Shown here: positions 26,647 through 38,996 of the stretch, one piece after another
Layout: every line of letters starts with the position of its first letter
Numbering within the stretch: the stretch's first letter is position 1
Assembly: GCF_036321535.1 (NCBI RefSeq)
Contig: NC_087437.1
Coordinates: 110,176,001-110,240,000, forward strand
Direction: 5' to 3'
Origin: Camelus dromedarius
Lineage: Eukaryota
Length of the DNA stretch: 64,000 nt
Notes under the pieces: model-generated
What the model was told of the DNA's origin: nothing
Database searches by the model: none
The model's input: the letters and a program-made list of their open reading frames with translations, nothing else
Translations under genes and position numbers: made by a program

Positions 26647-27798
26647 TACAGTTTTGTAATCCCATCTATCCCTTCCCACCCTCTGCCCCCTTGGCAACCA
26701 CAAGTTTGTATTCTATGTCTATGAGTCTATTTCTGTTTTGTATTTATGCTTTTTTTTTTTGGTTTTTTTGGTTTTTTAGATTCCACATATAAGCGACCTC
26801 ATATGGTATTTTTCTTTCTCTTTCTGGCTTACTTCACTTAGAATGATATTCTCCAGGAGCATCCATGTTGCTGCAAATGGCATTATGTTGTCGGTTTTTA
26901 TGGCTGAGTAGTATTCCATTGTATAAATACACCACTTCTTCTTTATCCAGTCATCAGTTGATGGACATCTAGGCTGTCTCCATGTCTTGGCTACTGTAAA
27001 TAGTGCTGCTATGAACATTGGGGTGCAAGTGCCATCCTGGAGTAGGGTTCCTTCTGGGTATATGTCCAGGAGCGGGATTCCTGGGTCATACGGTAAGTCT
27101 ATTTCTAGTCTTTTGAGGGATCTCCACACTGTTTTCCACAGTGGCTGCATCAAACTGCATTCCCACCAGCAGTGTAGGAGGGTTCTCCTTTCTCCACAGC
27201 CTCTCCAGCATTTGTCTTTTGTGGATTTTTGAATGATGGCCATTCTGGCTGGTGTGAGTTGATACCTCATTGTAGTTTTGATTTGCATTTCTCTGATAAT
27301 TAGTGATATTGAGCATTTTTTCATGTGCTTATTGATCATTTGTATGTCTTCCTTGGAAAATTGCTTGTTTAGGTCTTTTGCCCATTTTTGGATTGGATTG
27401 TTTGGTGTTCCTTATTAAGTTGCATGAGCTGCTTATATATTCTAGAGATCAAGCCTTTGTCGGTTTCATTTGCAAAAATTTTCTCCCATTCCGTAGGTTG
27501 TCTTTTTGTTTTACTTATGGTTTCCTTTGCTGTGCAGAAGCTTGTAAGTTTCATTAGGTCCCATTTGTTTATTCTTGCTTTTATTTCTATTGCTTGAGTA
27601 GACTGTTCTTGAATAGATAAACAAGATTACACTGTATAGCACAGGGAAATATACACAAGATCTTATGGGAGCTCAGAGAGAAAAAATGTGACAATGAATA
27701 TATATATATGTTCATGTATAACTGAAAAATTGTGCTCTACACTGGAATTTGACACAACATTGTAAAATGATTATAAATCAATAAAAAAGTTTAAAAAA
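26647..27798. mobile_element. Young L1 with 5' inversion (antisense ORF2 C-terminus/3'UTR 26647-27610; sense terminal 3'UTR 27611-27798)
   Basis: ORF 26776..27339(-) is an open ORF2 C-terminus (CWRGCGE...HCWWEC...QPLWKTVW). Its two parts are contiguous in the related copy at 31378-32123. Absent from paralogous unit 1. Confidence 0.93.
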
Positions 27799-28038
27799 TT
27801 CATAATTAAACACAACTTTCCACAAAATAAACTTTAGGCTCCATTGTCTTCAGTGGTAAATTTTATTAAATATTTATACAGCATGCTTATAGGTACCTTA
27901 AGAAAATTGTAGAGCCTAGGAACTTGACTCCCAATATTTTTGTCCAAAAGCTCTAGTAAACAAGAGATACATTGAAGTTCTAGGTATTTTATTTACATGA
28001 AAAACACAGAAACTGTCTTCATGAAGAATCATTATCTC

Positions 28039-28076
<38 letters not shown>

Positions 28077-28081
28077 ATCTA
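28039..28081. repeat. (TATC)n microsatellite
   Basis: Directly visible. Confidence 0.95.
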
Positions 28082-29250
28082 CGTCAAGGAGAAGTAGATA
28101 GGAATACACTAATAATGGAAGACTTTAATGTACTGATCTCAGAATAAGACAGGTCAAGTAGAAAAAATAGGTAATCAGAGAGAAGACCTAAACAATATAA
28201 TCAATAAGATAGCTTTTATGGTTATATATTGACTTTTATATTCCAATAATAAAAAATAAAACTTCTTTTCAAGCACCCACAGAACATCCACTATAATTTA
28301 TTATCTATTATGTCATACAGAAAATATTTCTATGTTTTGTAAAGTAAAAATACTGAAAACAAATACTTGCTATTGTCATGCAACAAAACTGATAATTACT
28401 AGCAAAAAAAAGAATAGAAAATTTATTTAAAAATAAAATCAAGTGGTGGAAAAAAAACACACCTTTATCCTAGAAAGTAAAAAGTCTTTTATTAAAGAAA
28501 TTGTTGGGATAAAAGAGGACATAAAAATAAAATTATAAATTTTTAAGTAATTAGTGGTAATGAAAATAGTCTATAACAAAGTCTTTGAAAAAAATTTAAA
28601 TTATTTAGAGAAAATTCATAGTGCTGAAAACATTTATAAGTAAAAATAAAAGTAAATTAATATTTCAGCTCAAAACAATTTGTAAAGGAAAACTAAGAAA
28701 ACCAAAGAAAGCACAAAGACAGAAATACATCAAAAAGCAGAAATTAATGAGAATATGAAAAAAGTGACTTAAATAATGAGCCAAAATGCCGTTATTTGAA
28801 ATAATTAACAAAATTATTAAATTATAAACTACTTGCTAACTTGATGAAGACAAAAATAAATAGAGAAGCCATATGCAAAATATATAACAAGAGAAAAATG
28901 GACATTGAAATAGAAGAAATTTGAATCATCATATGAGACTACTTTTCAGAGCTCTGTGTATATAAATTTGAAAATCTAGATGAAATGGGTAATTTCCTAA
29001 AGAAATACAGATTACCAAGATGGACACTATTAGTCTTAGAGATCAGAAACAGACCAATTTCCTTGAAAGTAATAGAGAAAATTATTAACAAAATACCTCA
29101 CATAAAAGCCCAGTCACAGATGATTTCTCAGAATTCTATCAAATCTTCAAGGACAAGATAATCCTAATATTGTAAAAATTGTTAAAGAGCACTGAAAATG
29201 GTGAACAACTTCCTAATTCCTATTAAAAAACGTACAGCATTGAGTCTGAG

Positions 29251-29710
29251 GTATGTAGACGTTAAACATGCCCCCCTGATTCCTGCCCTTTGATGCAAAT
29301 GCCCTTATGTGATCTCCTCCTGGTATGAGAGCTGTGATTTGCTTTGTAACCAATAAAATAGGGCAAGTGTATGTGATTATATGTGCTTATGTGATTATTT
29401 TACACAAGATTGTTGCACTCATCTTGCCAGACTCTGTCTCCCTCCTTGATTTGAGTAAACAAATATCCATGTTTGGGAATTTACTTGGCAAGGAATTGTG
29501 GGCAGCCTTTGGCATCTGACAATGGTTTCTAGTCTGCAAGGGCCTCTGGCCAATAGTCAGCAAGAAAAAAATCCTTTTATTCCTACAGCTAAAATGAACT
29601 GGGATGTGCCAACAATAGCATGTGCTTGGAAGTGGATCCTTCCCCAATTAAACCTCAGATGTGACCACAGCCCCATACAACATCTTGAACTGAAAACTTG
29701 TGGGATGTTG
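29251..29710 (+). mobile_element. MLT1 (MaLR) LTR, paralog of 18329-18736
   Basis: Collinear similarity (TATGTGATTAT...GATTGT...CATCTTGC...GGCAAGGAATTGTGGGCAGCCT). Confidence 0.7.
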
Positions 29711-30156
29711 AAGCTTCTCAGCCTGTATATGAAATAGTGTTTTTATCTGAATATTATGGCCCACTATGCATGCCAAATGATTGTATAGTCTATTACTAGC
29801 TTGAGATCTAATACATTATTAAACTATTCTTTAGGTTATATCTCTCATATCTTTAAAATGGATATAAGAAATACTTGGGTTAGTGTTAAGAGTTATCCAG
29901 CATAACATATCTTATTACCTGAGTAGCAGAAGAGCAAACTGAAGTCTACATAAAAAAAAAAAAGATACTTTCCTAAGACAATTGATATTTGAATTGGTAA
30001 AGAAACCAGCCTAAAAATCGTAAGAGAGAATATCTCACAAAGAACATAATTGTTAGCTTTCTTGAAAACTGAAACAAACAGACAAAAAAACTGTAGGTAA
30101 CACTGAACATCAAATAACTGACATAAAAACCAGGGTTTCTGTTTAGATTGAATAAG

Positions 30157-30162
30157 TTTATT
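30157..30162 (-). terminator. Polyadenylation signal of KRTAP6 copy C
   Basis: AATAAA on - strand ~285 nt after stop. Confidence 0.75.
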
Positions 30163-30447
30163 AGGTCAACAGAGAAACAAGCTCCAGCATGAAAGTCAAG
30201 GCAGTTACTTGACACCATCACCCTGATGAAAGCAGAACTCTGAGGTCACAGGTGAATTTCACCATTTCGCACTTCTTGAGGTAAATTCAGGAAATTTGTA
30301 GGTTAGATGATAAATCAACAACAGGCCACACTAGACCTCCATGATGCAGGATAACTACTACCGAGGAAAAGGCACAAAAGAGGAAGGGTTCAGAATTGGA
30401 GAATCCTGAGGTCCAGGTGCAGAGGATGAGAGTCTTCCATGACATCC

Positions 30448-30687
30448 TCAGTAGTAGTAGCCAAAGCCAGAGCCGTAGCCAAAGCCAGAGCCGTAGCCAA
30501 AGCCAGATCCACAGCCATAGCCACAGCCACAGAGAGAGCGGGAGCCAAAGCCATAGCCACAGCCATAGCCACAGCCCAGTCTGCGGAAGCCACAGCCATA
30601 GCAGGACCCATAGCCGCAGCCCAGGCCTCCGTAGCCACAGCAGCCGTAGCCACGGCCCCCGTAGTAGTTTCCGTAGTAGCCGCACAT
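30448..30687 (-). CDS. KRTAP6-1: Keratin-associated protein 6-1-like, copy C (79 aa)
   Basis: [79 protein letters not shown]. Position between KRTAP22-like and KRTAP20-1-like genes matches recalled mammalian order; the paralog number is inferred from synteny. Confidence 0.93.
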   Translation of the reverse strand: MCGYYGNYYGGRGYGCCGYGGLGCGYGSCYGCGFRRLGCGYGCGYGFGSRSLCGCGYGCGSGFGYGSGFGYGSGFGYYY

Positions 30688-30772
30688 GGTGTTGGTGTTG
30701 GTTTTGGGATTGTCTCTGGGTAAAGAAGGAGGATAGGCAACTTCAGTCTGGACAATTTCCCTACAGAGAGCC

Positions 30773-30779
30773 TTTTATA
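30773..30779 (-). promoter_or_regulatory. TATA box of KRTAP6 copy C
   Basis: TATAAAA on - strand ~86 bp upstream of ATG. Confidence 0.85.
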
Positions 30780-30909
30780 TACCCTCAGTGTGAATGGGAA
30801 CCATCACGGAAGTCATACCATTGGCTAATTCGCAGGACCAATCTGAGTAAATTGTTGACTCCTGGTTTTAAATCATGGCCTCAGGGGTATTGAGGACAGT
30901 TGCTAATGT

Positions 30910-30938
30910 TGAGTCACATCTGAATCATTTTTGAGTCA
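30910..30938. promoter_or_regulatory. Cluster of AP-1-like sites
   Basis: TGAGTCA 30910, TGAATCA 30921, TGAGTCA 30932. Confidence 0.55.
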
Positions 30939-31377
30939 TTAGTAAGAATCAACTGTCTCATATTCAAAACTCTATTTATATAAGATCTTCAAATTATCCA
31001 TTTCTAACCAACCATTTTGGCAAGATAGCATTTTTAGTAGACATTCTAAACTACCCAAGACAACCAATGATAATATGTTATTTTGGCTGACATTCAGCAA
31101 ATTATGATAACCTACCTTTACCTTGAGATTTTCTCTCTCTTCTCTGCTGTTCCAAACCCATGTTTTGTTTTGTTTTGTTTTGTTTTGTTTCCTTTAAGGA
31201 TCCCCCTTATTTTCACAGGAGAGATGGTTTACTATGAAAAGCCAAAAAGTACCACTCAGCTTCATGAGATGATTGACAAAAACCCAATAACTTGAAATTC
31301 TGGAACACCAGGCCTGAGAAAAATTGACTTCTATTTCTTACTTACATTAATACTTCCTTTTATGATTCTGTTTTTAA

Positions 31378-32123
31378 AACAAATGCTGGAGAGGCTGTGG
31401 AGAAAGGGGAACCCTCCTATACTGCTGGTGGGAATGCAGTTTGGTACAGCCACTGTGGAAAACAGTATGGAGATTCCTCAAAAGACTAGGAATAGATTTA
31501 CCATATGACCCAGGAATCCTGCTCCTGGGCATATATCCAGAAGGAACCCTACTTCAAAATGACACCTGCACCCCAATGTTCATAGCAGCACTATTTACAA
31601 TAGCCAAGACATGGAGGCATCCTAAATGTCCATCAACGGATGACTAGATAAAGAAGAAGTGGTATAATTATACAATGGAATACTACTCAGCCATAAAAAC
31701 GGAAAACATAACACCATTTGCAGCAACATGGATGCTCCTGGAGAATGTCATTCTAAGTGAAGTAAGCCAGAAAGAGAAAGAAAAATACCATATGAGATCG
31801 CTCATATGTGGAATCTAAAAAAAAAAAAAAAGTATAAATACAAAACAGAAATAGACTCATAGATATAGAATACAAACTTGTGGTTGCCAAGGGGGCAGAG
31901 GGTGGAAAGGGATAGACTGGGATTTCAAAATTGTGGAATAGATGAACAAGATTATACTGTATAGCACAAGGAAATATATACAAGATCTTATGGTAGCTCA
32001 CAGAGAAAAAAATGTGACAATGAATATATATATGTTCATGTATAACTGAAAAATTGTGCTCTACACTGGAATTTGACATAACATTGTAAAACGATTATAA
32101 ATGAATCAAAAATGTTAAAAAAA
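31378..32123 (+). mobile_element. Young 5'-truncated L1 (ORF2 end + 3'UTR + A tail)
   Basis: ORF 31441..31647 [13 protein letters not shown]...; highly similar to the 26647-27798 element. Confidence 0.95.
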
Positions 32124-32489
32124 TATTTTCCATAGTTTTAAATTAATATTCTGAATCGATAGCCACAGAATAAAAATTATGAGATTTCATTTCTAAAGCT
32201 GCATTTTCATGAAAGAATTTTCTTCAAATTTCAACATATTTGTAATATTTCTGTTTTGACTCAAAGGTGAATATAGATATTTCATTTTTTTAAATGATAA
32301 TACTAACAGGGGTATCTCTCATGACACTAGTAGACCATGAACTCTTGGTTAAATTTCTTGGGCTATGAGAACATATTACTTATGGACCTATTATCTTCTT
32401 ATGCAATGAAGCTTAGATTATTCTTAATTCAATAATTAAGTGAAATAGCCAGCTAAACTTGTTTTCTTAAAAAGATGACTTCATAGCTG

Positions 32490-32745
32490 TCAGTAGAGCA
32501 TAATAGGAAAAAGGGAAAACTTCCGGAATCTGTTCTTTGAGTTCAAATCTCACCTCTGCCACTTATAGCTGTATGACCACTATAACTGTGTGCTTCAGTT
32601 ATCCCACCTTCAAACGAGATGGTGAATAATAATACCTATCCTGCAAGATAATTTTGAAAGCCAAATTAGCTGATATGTGTCAAGCACCTAAAACAGTGTG
32701 TAACAAATAATAGGTACTAGAATAACATTGGCTATAATTATTTAT
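32490..32745 (+). mobile_element. MIR SINE
   Basis: GAGTTCAAATCTCACCTCTGCCACTTATAGCTGTATGACC...CTTCAGTTATCCCACCT...AATAATACCTA match MIR B-box/core. Confidence 0.8.
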
Positions 32746-33906
32746 TTCATCCTATAATTGTTTTCATAGGTATGCTGATGAGTTGAACAAGAGAACTCAA
32801 AAATTTTTTAAGTTCTATTTAAGGGCCTTGTGTCATTGAAGCTGAAGGAAGAGAAGCTCTATACTAAGACTATGCATCTAAAAGTAGAAAAAGTCACACT
32901 CTGGTTTTCCTAGGAATGAGCAAGCCCCATGAGTTACCCAACAAACTTAACACAAGCAAGTAGAGGATGCAACAATTGGTGCCCACTCAAAGGAATCTGA
33001 ACGCAGACTCATTGATTTTCCTAGACCAGTGAAAGACTTTTCTGGCTGTTGACCCACAAAGATGTAGCACTGAATGGTAGGTAATCGACTGACCAGAATA
33101 GGTTTTGTGTTATGTCAATGGAAAATGGCAATATGAGCTATACCAGCCAAAGATTTCAGCACAGGACAGATGGAGGCGCTCCCTCCCAATTAACAGCATT
33201 CTATTGCACATTAAAGTCTGCTTCAGGATGTGAAAAAAGAGTGGCAAAACCTTTAATAAAATGAAAATGTAATCCTAACAACAAGAATGCCATTGAATTT
33301 TGTTGAGTTTAGCTGGAAGGAACAAGAATAAATGCTTTGGCTTCTAGTGGAAATGATGAGTCAAGATAAAATTTGGTAAAATATGAGAAATACTTGTAAA
33401 GTTGTATCCTGTAAAAATGTTACTTGAATTATGTATTTTAAAAGTGTATTTTTTCTGTAAAGAAATACTGGGCAATAATACACATCTCGTACTTTCAGTA
33501 AACTTTTCCTCTTAGCACTTCTATTTCCCCAAAACTAAAGAGAGTGACTTCCTCAGCTGCAGTGGGCAGATGAATTTGAGGGTATTAATAACCTCAAAAC
33601 AATTTTAATTAATTGCAGTTTGCATAATTTCTGATTTCATAGAATCTCATGGTGGAATTTAAATTTAAGCCTTCAATAAGAAAGAGTTTCAAAACTAAGT
33701 CCAATATTTGTCATTCAAAGCGTATGATTTGATTGTGAAAATCTTGACACAACAGTGGAGTCATCTTGGCTGTGGAGGCTTCACTATGCCTAATGAAATA
33801 AGAGATTTATGAGAACTTCACTGTTGGCGTTGTTTGTGGTTAATGCAAAACAATTTGTTTTGAGGGCAACATTACATATGACTTGCCACACCTAACATTG
33901 AGGAAG

Positions 33907-33913
33907 TATAAAA
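33907..33913 (+). promoter_or_regulatory. TATA box of KRTAP20-1-like gene
   Basis: TATAAAA ~79 bp upstream of ATG. Confidence 0.85.
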
Positions 33914-33985
33914 GACGTTGTGAAGATGGTGATATTCAAACTCAGGAAACCATCGTTCTCTTCTACACTGTCTACTCTTGACACC

Positions 33986-34144
33986 ATGACCTATTACAGC
34001 AACTACTATGGGAATTGTGGCTATGGTGGGCTTGGCTGTGGTTACGGTGGGCTTGGCTGTGGCTATCATGGATACGGTGGCTATAGATACGGCTGCTGCC
34101 GCCCATCTTGCTATGGAAGACATTGGTCATATGGGTTCTACTGA
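33986..34144 (+). CDS. KRTAP20-1: Keratin-associated protein 20-1-like (52 aa)
   Basis: [62 protein letters not shown] at 33907; AATAAA at 34370-34375. Confidence 0.88.
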   Translation: MTYYSNYYGNCGYGGLGCGYGGLGCGYHGYGGYRYGCCRPSCYGRHWSYGFY

Positions 34145-35627
34145 AAAATTCTAGAGCCATGAACCCACCAGATTTGTCCTCTTGTGAAACATGGATTCTG
34201 CTGTTGGTATTATTCATCTTGTCTCTTTGAAATAGCAAAAATCTAAATCCAGACTATGATGAAAGAACTAGGGAAGTCATCTTTCCTTGGTTCCATTGTG
34301 CAAGATCATAAAGAATATTTTTTCTTAAATGCAACAGAAGTTTCCTTTTAATCTCTAAGTATATTTTTCAATAAATTTAATCTCTTTGCAAATATGGTAT
34401 GTGTTCATGTTTATTTACTTTCACCATCATTGCATATGGATGATTGTAAGGTAAAAGCTTGTCTGTAGTTACTATTCCAAGGGACTGACACTGCTTTCCT
34501 CCACCTTTTTCCCTCTAGTTTTTGTCCCTTTACATATACCTCATACTGTAAAGCTGAGTTTCCCTGTGACATAGTTGATTGCTTCCTCCTCAATAAATCT
34601 GGCTTCCCTTTAATTCACGAGCAAAATGGTTAACAACATACCTGAAGTCTGGTAGCTGCATGAGGCTGACTGTCCTTGTTTCCCTAGAACACCATGGTAC
34701 ACACCCACATTTTAAGTGGTGCTTCTGTGAGTTTTTCAGGCATCTGCTTTCTGACTGCTTGCTGGTAACTTCATCACTAGAAAGCCTTCCAGTTGCCTGA
34801 TGTCTTTCATAGAGAATTTGTGTCGAGCCTGAAAGTGAACATAGAGAACCTTATGCCAGCCCTAGGAACCTGGCTGTGTTTTTAGTAACTCTCTTTATCA
34901 TAGACCATTTTGATTATGAAGTCCATTTCGTGTACTCAATCATTCATTCATTCATCAATACTCAGCTCCTAAAATTTGCCAGGCATGCTGCTGTGTTGGG
35001 AGAGAGCATTTTGTAAAAGATTGAGATAGTTTCCATTGTGACATTATTAAATTTTATGTATACTCTCTATAAAACTCTAACATCTGTGTAATATTTAAGT
35101 GTGAATATAGTATATTTTAATCTGTTTTTAAATTTTTCTAAATGAAGAGTTTTAGAGGTTTTGACTCCCTTTGTATTTTAAAAAAATCTCTCACTTAATT
35201 TGTAAAAACAATCTGTCAAAATGTAAAAAGATACAAATTTATTAGCCAAATTTCAAAAACAAATTGCAAAATAAATAGTGGGATTAAAATTTATTTAAAA
35301 AATTTAAAAAAAAATGATTTGCTGGGTGCAGCAAATAATGTATTTTTCCAATAATTAAAATAAACTGACTTGGGGACCAAAACTTCAAATCTGGGTATCA
35401 CAGAAATTTTAAACAAAAATTTTCTAATGTATCAAAGCATAACCTATTATAATGTAAATTCTGACTCATCAATAATTCTGTATGTTTTATTTTTAATGAT
35501 TATTTATTATTAATTAATGCATATGAAAAACTGTAAATAAATTGTTGCATTCAAATTGTGGATACAAGCTCAAAATACTTACTGGTATGGTTTTCTTACC
35601 TAGAATTTTAAAGAACACTGCTATAGA

Positions 35628-35830
35628 CCAGGACTTCTCAGAGTGATCTGTTGACACCTGTGGGAACCTGAGGCTCTTTCAAGGAGTCCGTAAGCATCAA
35701 ACTATTTTCATAACATATTTATTTGTGTTTTTAACCTAATAAACTCATGAATATACAGTGGAGTTTTCCAGATATATGCTATATATGACGTGCTACCACA
35801 ACAGATTAAACACAGAAGCAGATATAAGAA
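35628..35830. mobile_element. hAT-Charlie-type DNA transposon fragment
   Basis: CAGGACTTCTCAGAGTG...CTTTCAAGGAGTCC...CAAACTATTTTCATAA resembles a Charlie-family terminal sequence. Confidence 0.5.
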
Positions 35831-36631
35831 ACTTGTATCACACATTTCTTTCTCCATTATTTCAAGAAAACGTTTCTGGAGAAACTCAGGGATGACTTTA
35901 AAACCAAGTTGAGGATATGGGAACTCAAAAGTTGAGATGTAGAAGGAGACCTGATACTAATGCTTGGATTTCTAAATAAATGCTTAATTGCATAATATAA
36001 TGGTGTACTCAGATAATATATGAGTATGATTCAAATATATAATATGATTCAAAGTCATGGTTGATGAATAAATAAAACTCCCAAGAGGAATAAAAAAAGA
36101 TACAGGTTTTTATATTAGCATTTTAATGTGAGTGAATATAGTCAGTTCATTGACAATAATCAGTAGAAAATATTATTTGTTCTGAAGAGTCATTTGCCTG
36201 AAAGAAAAGAATTACATAATTCAAAAGATAATTTACTTCAGGTAACTCCTCACTTTTATTCCTTCCTCACTCAAATAGACATGCTCTCAGTTCCTTGATT
36301 GCATATCTGAATATGAAATGGAAATTATTACTGTGAGAAAAAAATAAGAAAAATTGGGTCAAAGGACTTGAAATTTGACATTTCAAGGAACCTGAAAATA
36401 GACTTTAATAATAAAACTCAGAGTGAGAAGATCTCCAAATACAAGAAGAATATCTAACTAAGGATATGTGACAGGATTATTGGATTCCAGGAAAAACAGT
36501 TAATAATATTTGCTGGAGGCCCTCTCCTTACTTACTTAAACAAGTGTTTCACGAAGTTGTATTACTCAACTTTGAAATACGCTACAGAAATCGCGTGAAC
36601 TTCCACACGCAGATGATGTCTGTCTGTTTCT

Positions 36632-36690
36632 GGCTGCGGGTATGGTGGTGTCATGGCTGCTACTGCCCATCTTGCTGTGGATTCTACTGG
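36632..36690 (+). pseudogene. KRTAP20-like pseudogene fragment (3' part only)
   Basis: GCGYGG/HGCYCPSCCGFY remnants with frameshift; downstream family-type 3'UTR end (CATGTGGGAAAATTTTAAG ~36961); no ATG or TATA. Confidence 0.65.
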
Positions 36691-36988
36691 GGGGCATCCA
36701 GAGTGACTCAATCTGATGCACTCCTTCATCTGTGTTTTCTTGACTCTGCTTCCATGGTTAATTAATCACAAGAATAATTCTAGTCTCTACACGAACTGTG
36801 ACAAGTTTATCCAGGGTAACTTGCAAAACACCACGTGCAAGTCTGCTATACTTCTCAACTGATGAAAATACCCAGGAATGTGCCAAAAATTATAGATAAG
36901 CTTTATCTTTGCTATCATGTTACCAATTTACTTCTTTTCTGTTGTTGATCAATTATCTTTCATGTGGGAAAATTTTAAGCTAATTTTT

Positions 36989-37035
36989 TAAATTGGGGTA
37001 TAGTCAGTCACAATGTGTCAATTTCTAGTGAACAG
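36989..37035 (-). mobile_element. 47-bp L1 3'-terminal insertion with 13-bp TSD
   Basis: TAAGCTAATTTTT at 36976-36988 and 37036-37048; the insert's reverse complement resembles the L1 terminus at ~53615-53662. Confidence 0.8.
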
Positions 37036-38996
37036 TAAGCTAATTTTTCAATGAACTTGCTTTTTCATATTCACTTTTATTTTACTTTGTTTACATTAAT
37101 CTGTATGTCGCTGTGGGGAATCTGCCTTTGGACATTGCCTTTTTTGTTAGTCTGAGATGATCATTTTCTAAAGAAGGTAAGGATATGACCATCAGTTCCT
37201 TTATGACAACATGTATCTAAAAATGGATTCCTATATACACTCTAGGCAGCACTATTATTCATACATAAACAAGTTAAGTACCATTTCACACAATACTAGC
37301 CTTGTTTTCTATGACATGTGCTGGAGGTATCTGTCCTTGGCTTGTTTTTCTACAATTCTGCAGTTAGGTTGTATCATTCAGGTTTGTGCCTTAGGGTGTA
37401 TGTAAGTGGTTTATTCTGCCTCTCATAGTTCTTGCTATTCCTCTGAGTTCAGCAGCAAAAGAGTACAACACATACCTGCATCCTTGTTGAGTTTGTTATC
37501 ATTTTAGTAATGAGATCTACCAAGAAAAAGCCTCTGGCTCCTTTCTTGATAAACAATGTTTCAGCAAGCCGGATCACCTTTCACTCACATTAGGGATATT
37601 CATCTTGTTCTTCCACTTCAAATTTGAATAAAACAAAACTGGCTTTCTCAATCATTCCAGCTTTCCTCCCCTAAGCAAATGAGAGAAAGGAACCTCCATT
37701 AGTACAACATCAATGAACAGTATCTCTGAACATCCCACTCATTGTCTAGACACTATTTCCAGATATCAATCTACGTGGTTGGAAGCACTCTGGATATTTC
37801 AAAAATACATTGTTATTTGAGGCACCTTCAATAGGAAAATGCAGGAAATGTGTTTACACTTTAAGAAGTCCTATTTCATTGTCTCAACAACTGATTCAAA
37901 AATTTCTCCTCCAATTTTTCTTCTGGGATGGTGAATTCTTCTCAAAGGCCTTCGCACAGCTGACTCGTCTTCAATTAATGAATAATAGAAAAGATATTAT
38001 TCCACACAATATCATTGATAAAGCATCAAAGCCCTGCAGCTAGAAGAGTTGCTGGCACATGATTGTGCCTAATACGTATTTTTGAATAAACTAATGACCA
38101 TGAATGATGCCGAAAATATCTCCCTGGAATTTCATATCTTACTTTAGCAGAAGATGGCAAAGTAGAACTGTAAAGTATCTCCAGGGTCTTGATGTACAAA
38201 CAATGCTATTTCACCCAGAGTATTGATGATCTCTTTGTATGTCCTTAGAGTGGAGGGCAGTCTTATCATAAGAAGAAAAGAGACACTCTCAGTCCTCACT
38301 CAACTGTATTATGACTCTAGAGACTGAAGACCTGTGAATTACATGAACCAGTGTTTGAGTATTCCAGTAGGGTAGATCAAAACCACCTTTTACTATATAA
38401 TGGATTAAATGTATTAATTCAGTCATGTTTATCTGTGCTACTTTTCAAAAGATTCTATTTGAACATCATCATATAGCTAGGTTTCCATCATGTAGATCAT
38501 TGTGCCTTCCCCCTTCAGCTTTTTCCAAATCAGCTTCCTCCATCTAGTTCCTCCATCTAGTTTCCAGCCAAAGTTAGTAAGAACACTTCATACACTGAAT
38601 GCAAATGTTCATTTTCAAGTCTAACTTGGTACATAGACTCTGCTAAGAAACAATCTAAGCTTTTTCTTAAGTGAGAAGTGTTCTCTGTCTGCATGACTCA
38701 CTCCCTTTCTATTTGGCTGCAGAGCAGAATTCAAAACCCTTACAAGCCATTATATGTCCCCTTTGCTGACATCCAGCTGCTTTGTGGGGCTACTTCACTC
38801 CAGATTCCCAGGGCTACTGTAAGATCAATGGAACACTGAGGAACTTTGTGGTGGGTGGTGGTGAATGGATGGAGAAGTCTCCAGACCTCTGCTGGAACTG
38901 ATGAAAGAGGAACCCTACTTTGAAACAAACAAATTTGACACAGGTGACAAAGAAAAGCAAAAAATCCAATCTGCCCATTCTCTGTAGAAAGATCAA

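Larger units (their letters stand above)
9742..30700. repeat. Tandem duplication of a ~9.3-11.4 kb KRTAP6/KRTAP22 unit (unit 1 ~9.74-19.02 kb, unit 2 ~19.02-30.4 kb)
   Basis: Collinear homologous blocks: 10007-10370/19277-19640, 10580-10720/19820-19950, 11930-12130/21860-22070, 13450-15270/23310-25080, 15420-16960/25150-26640, 18329-18736/29251-29710, 18740-19081/30107-30447. Confidence 0.92.

Noticed and set aside
26776..27339. 187-aa ORF as a host gene
   Set aside because: It is the C-terminus of L1 ORF2 in a truncated element
38535..38563. 13-bp tandem duplication TTCCTCCATCTAG x2 (a similar small duplication lies at ~51540-51578)
   Set aside because: Ordinary slippage duplication with no further structure
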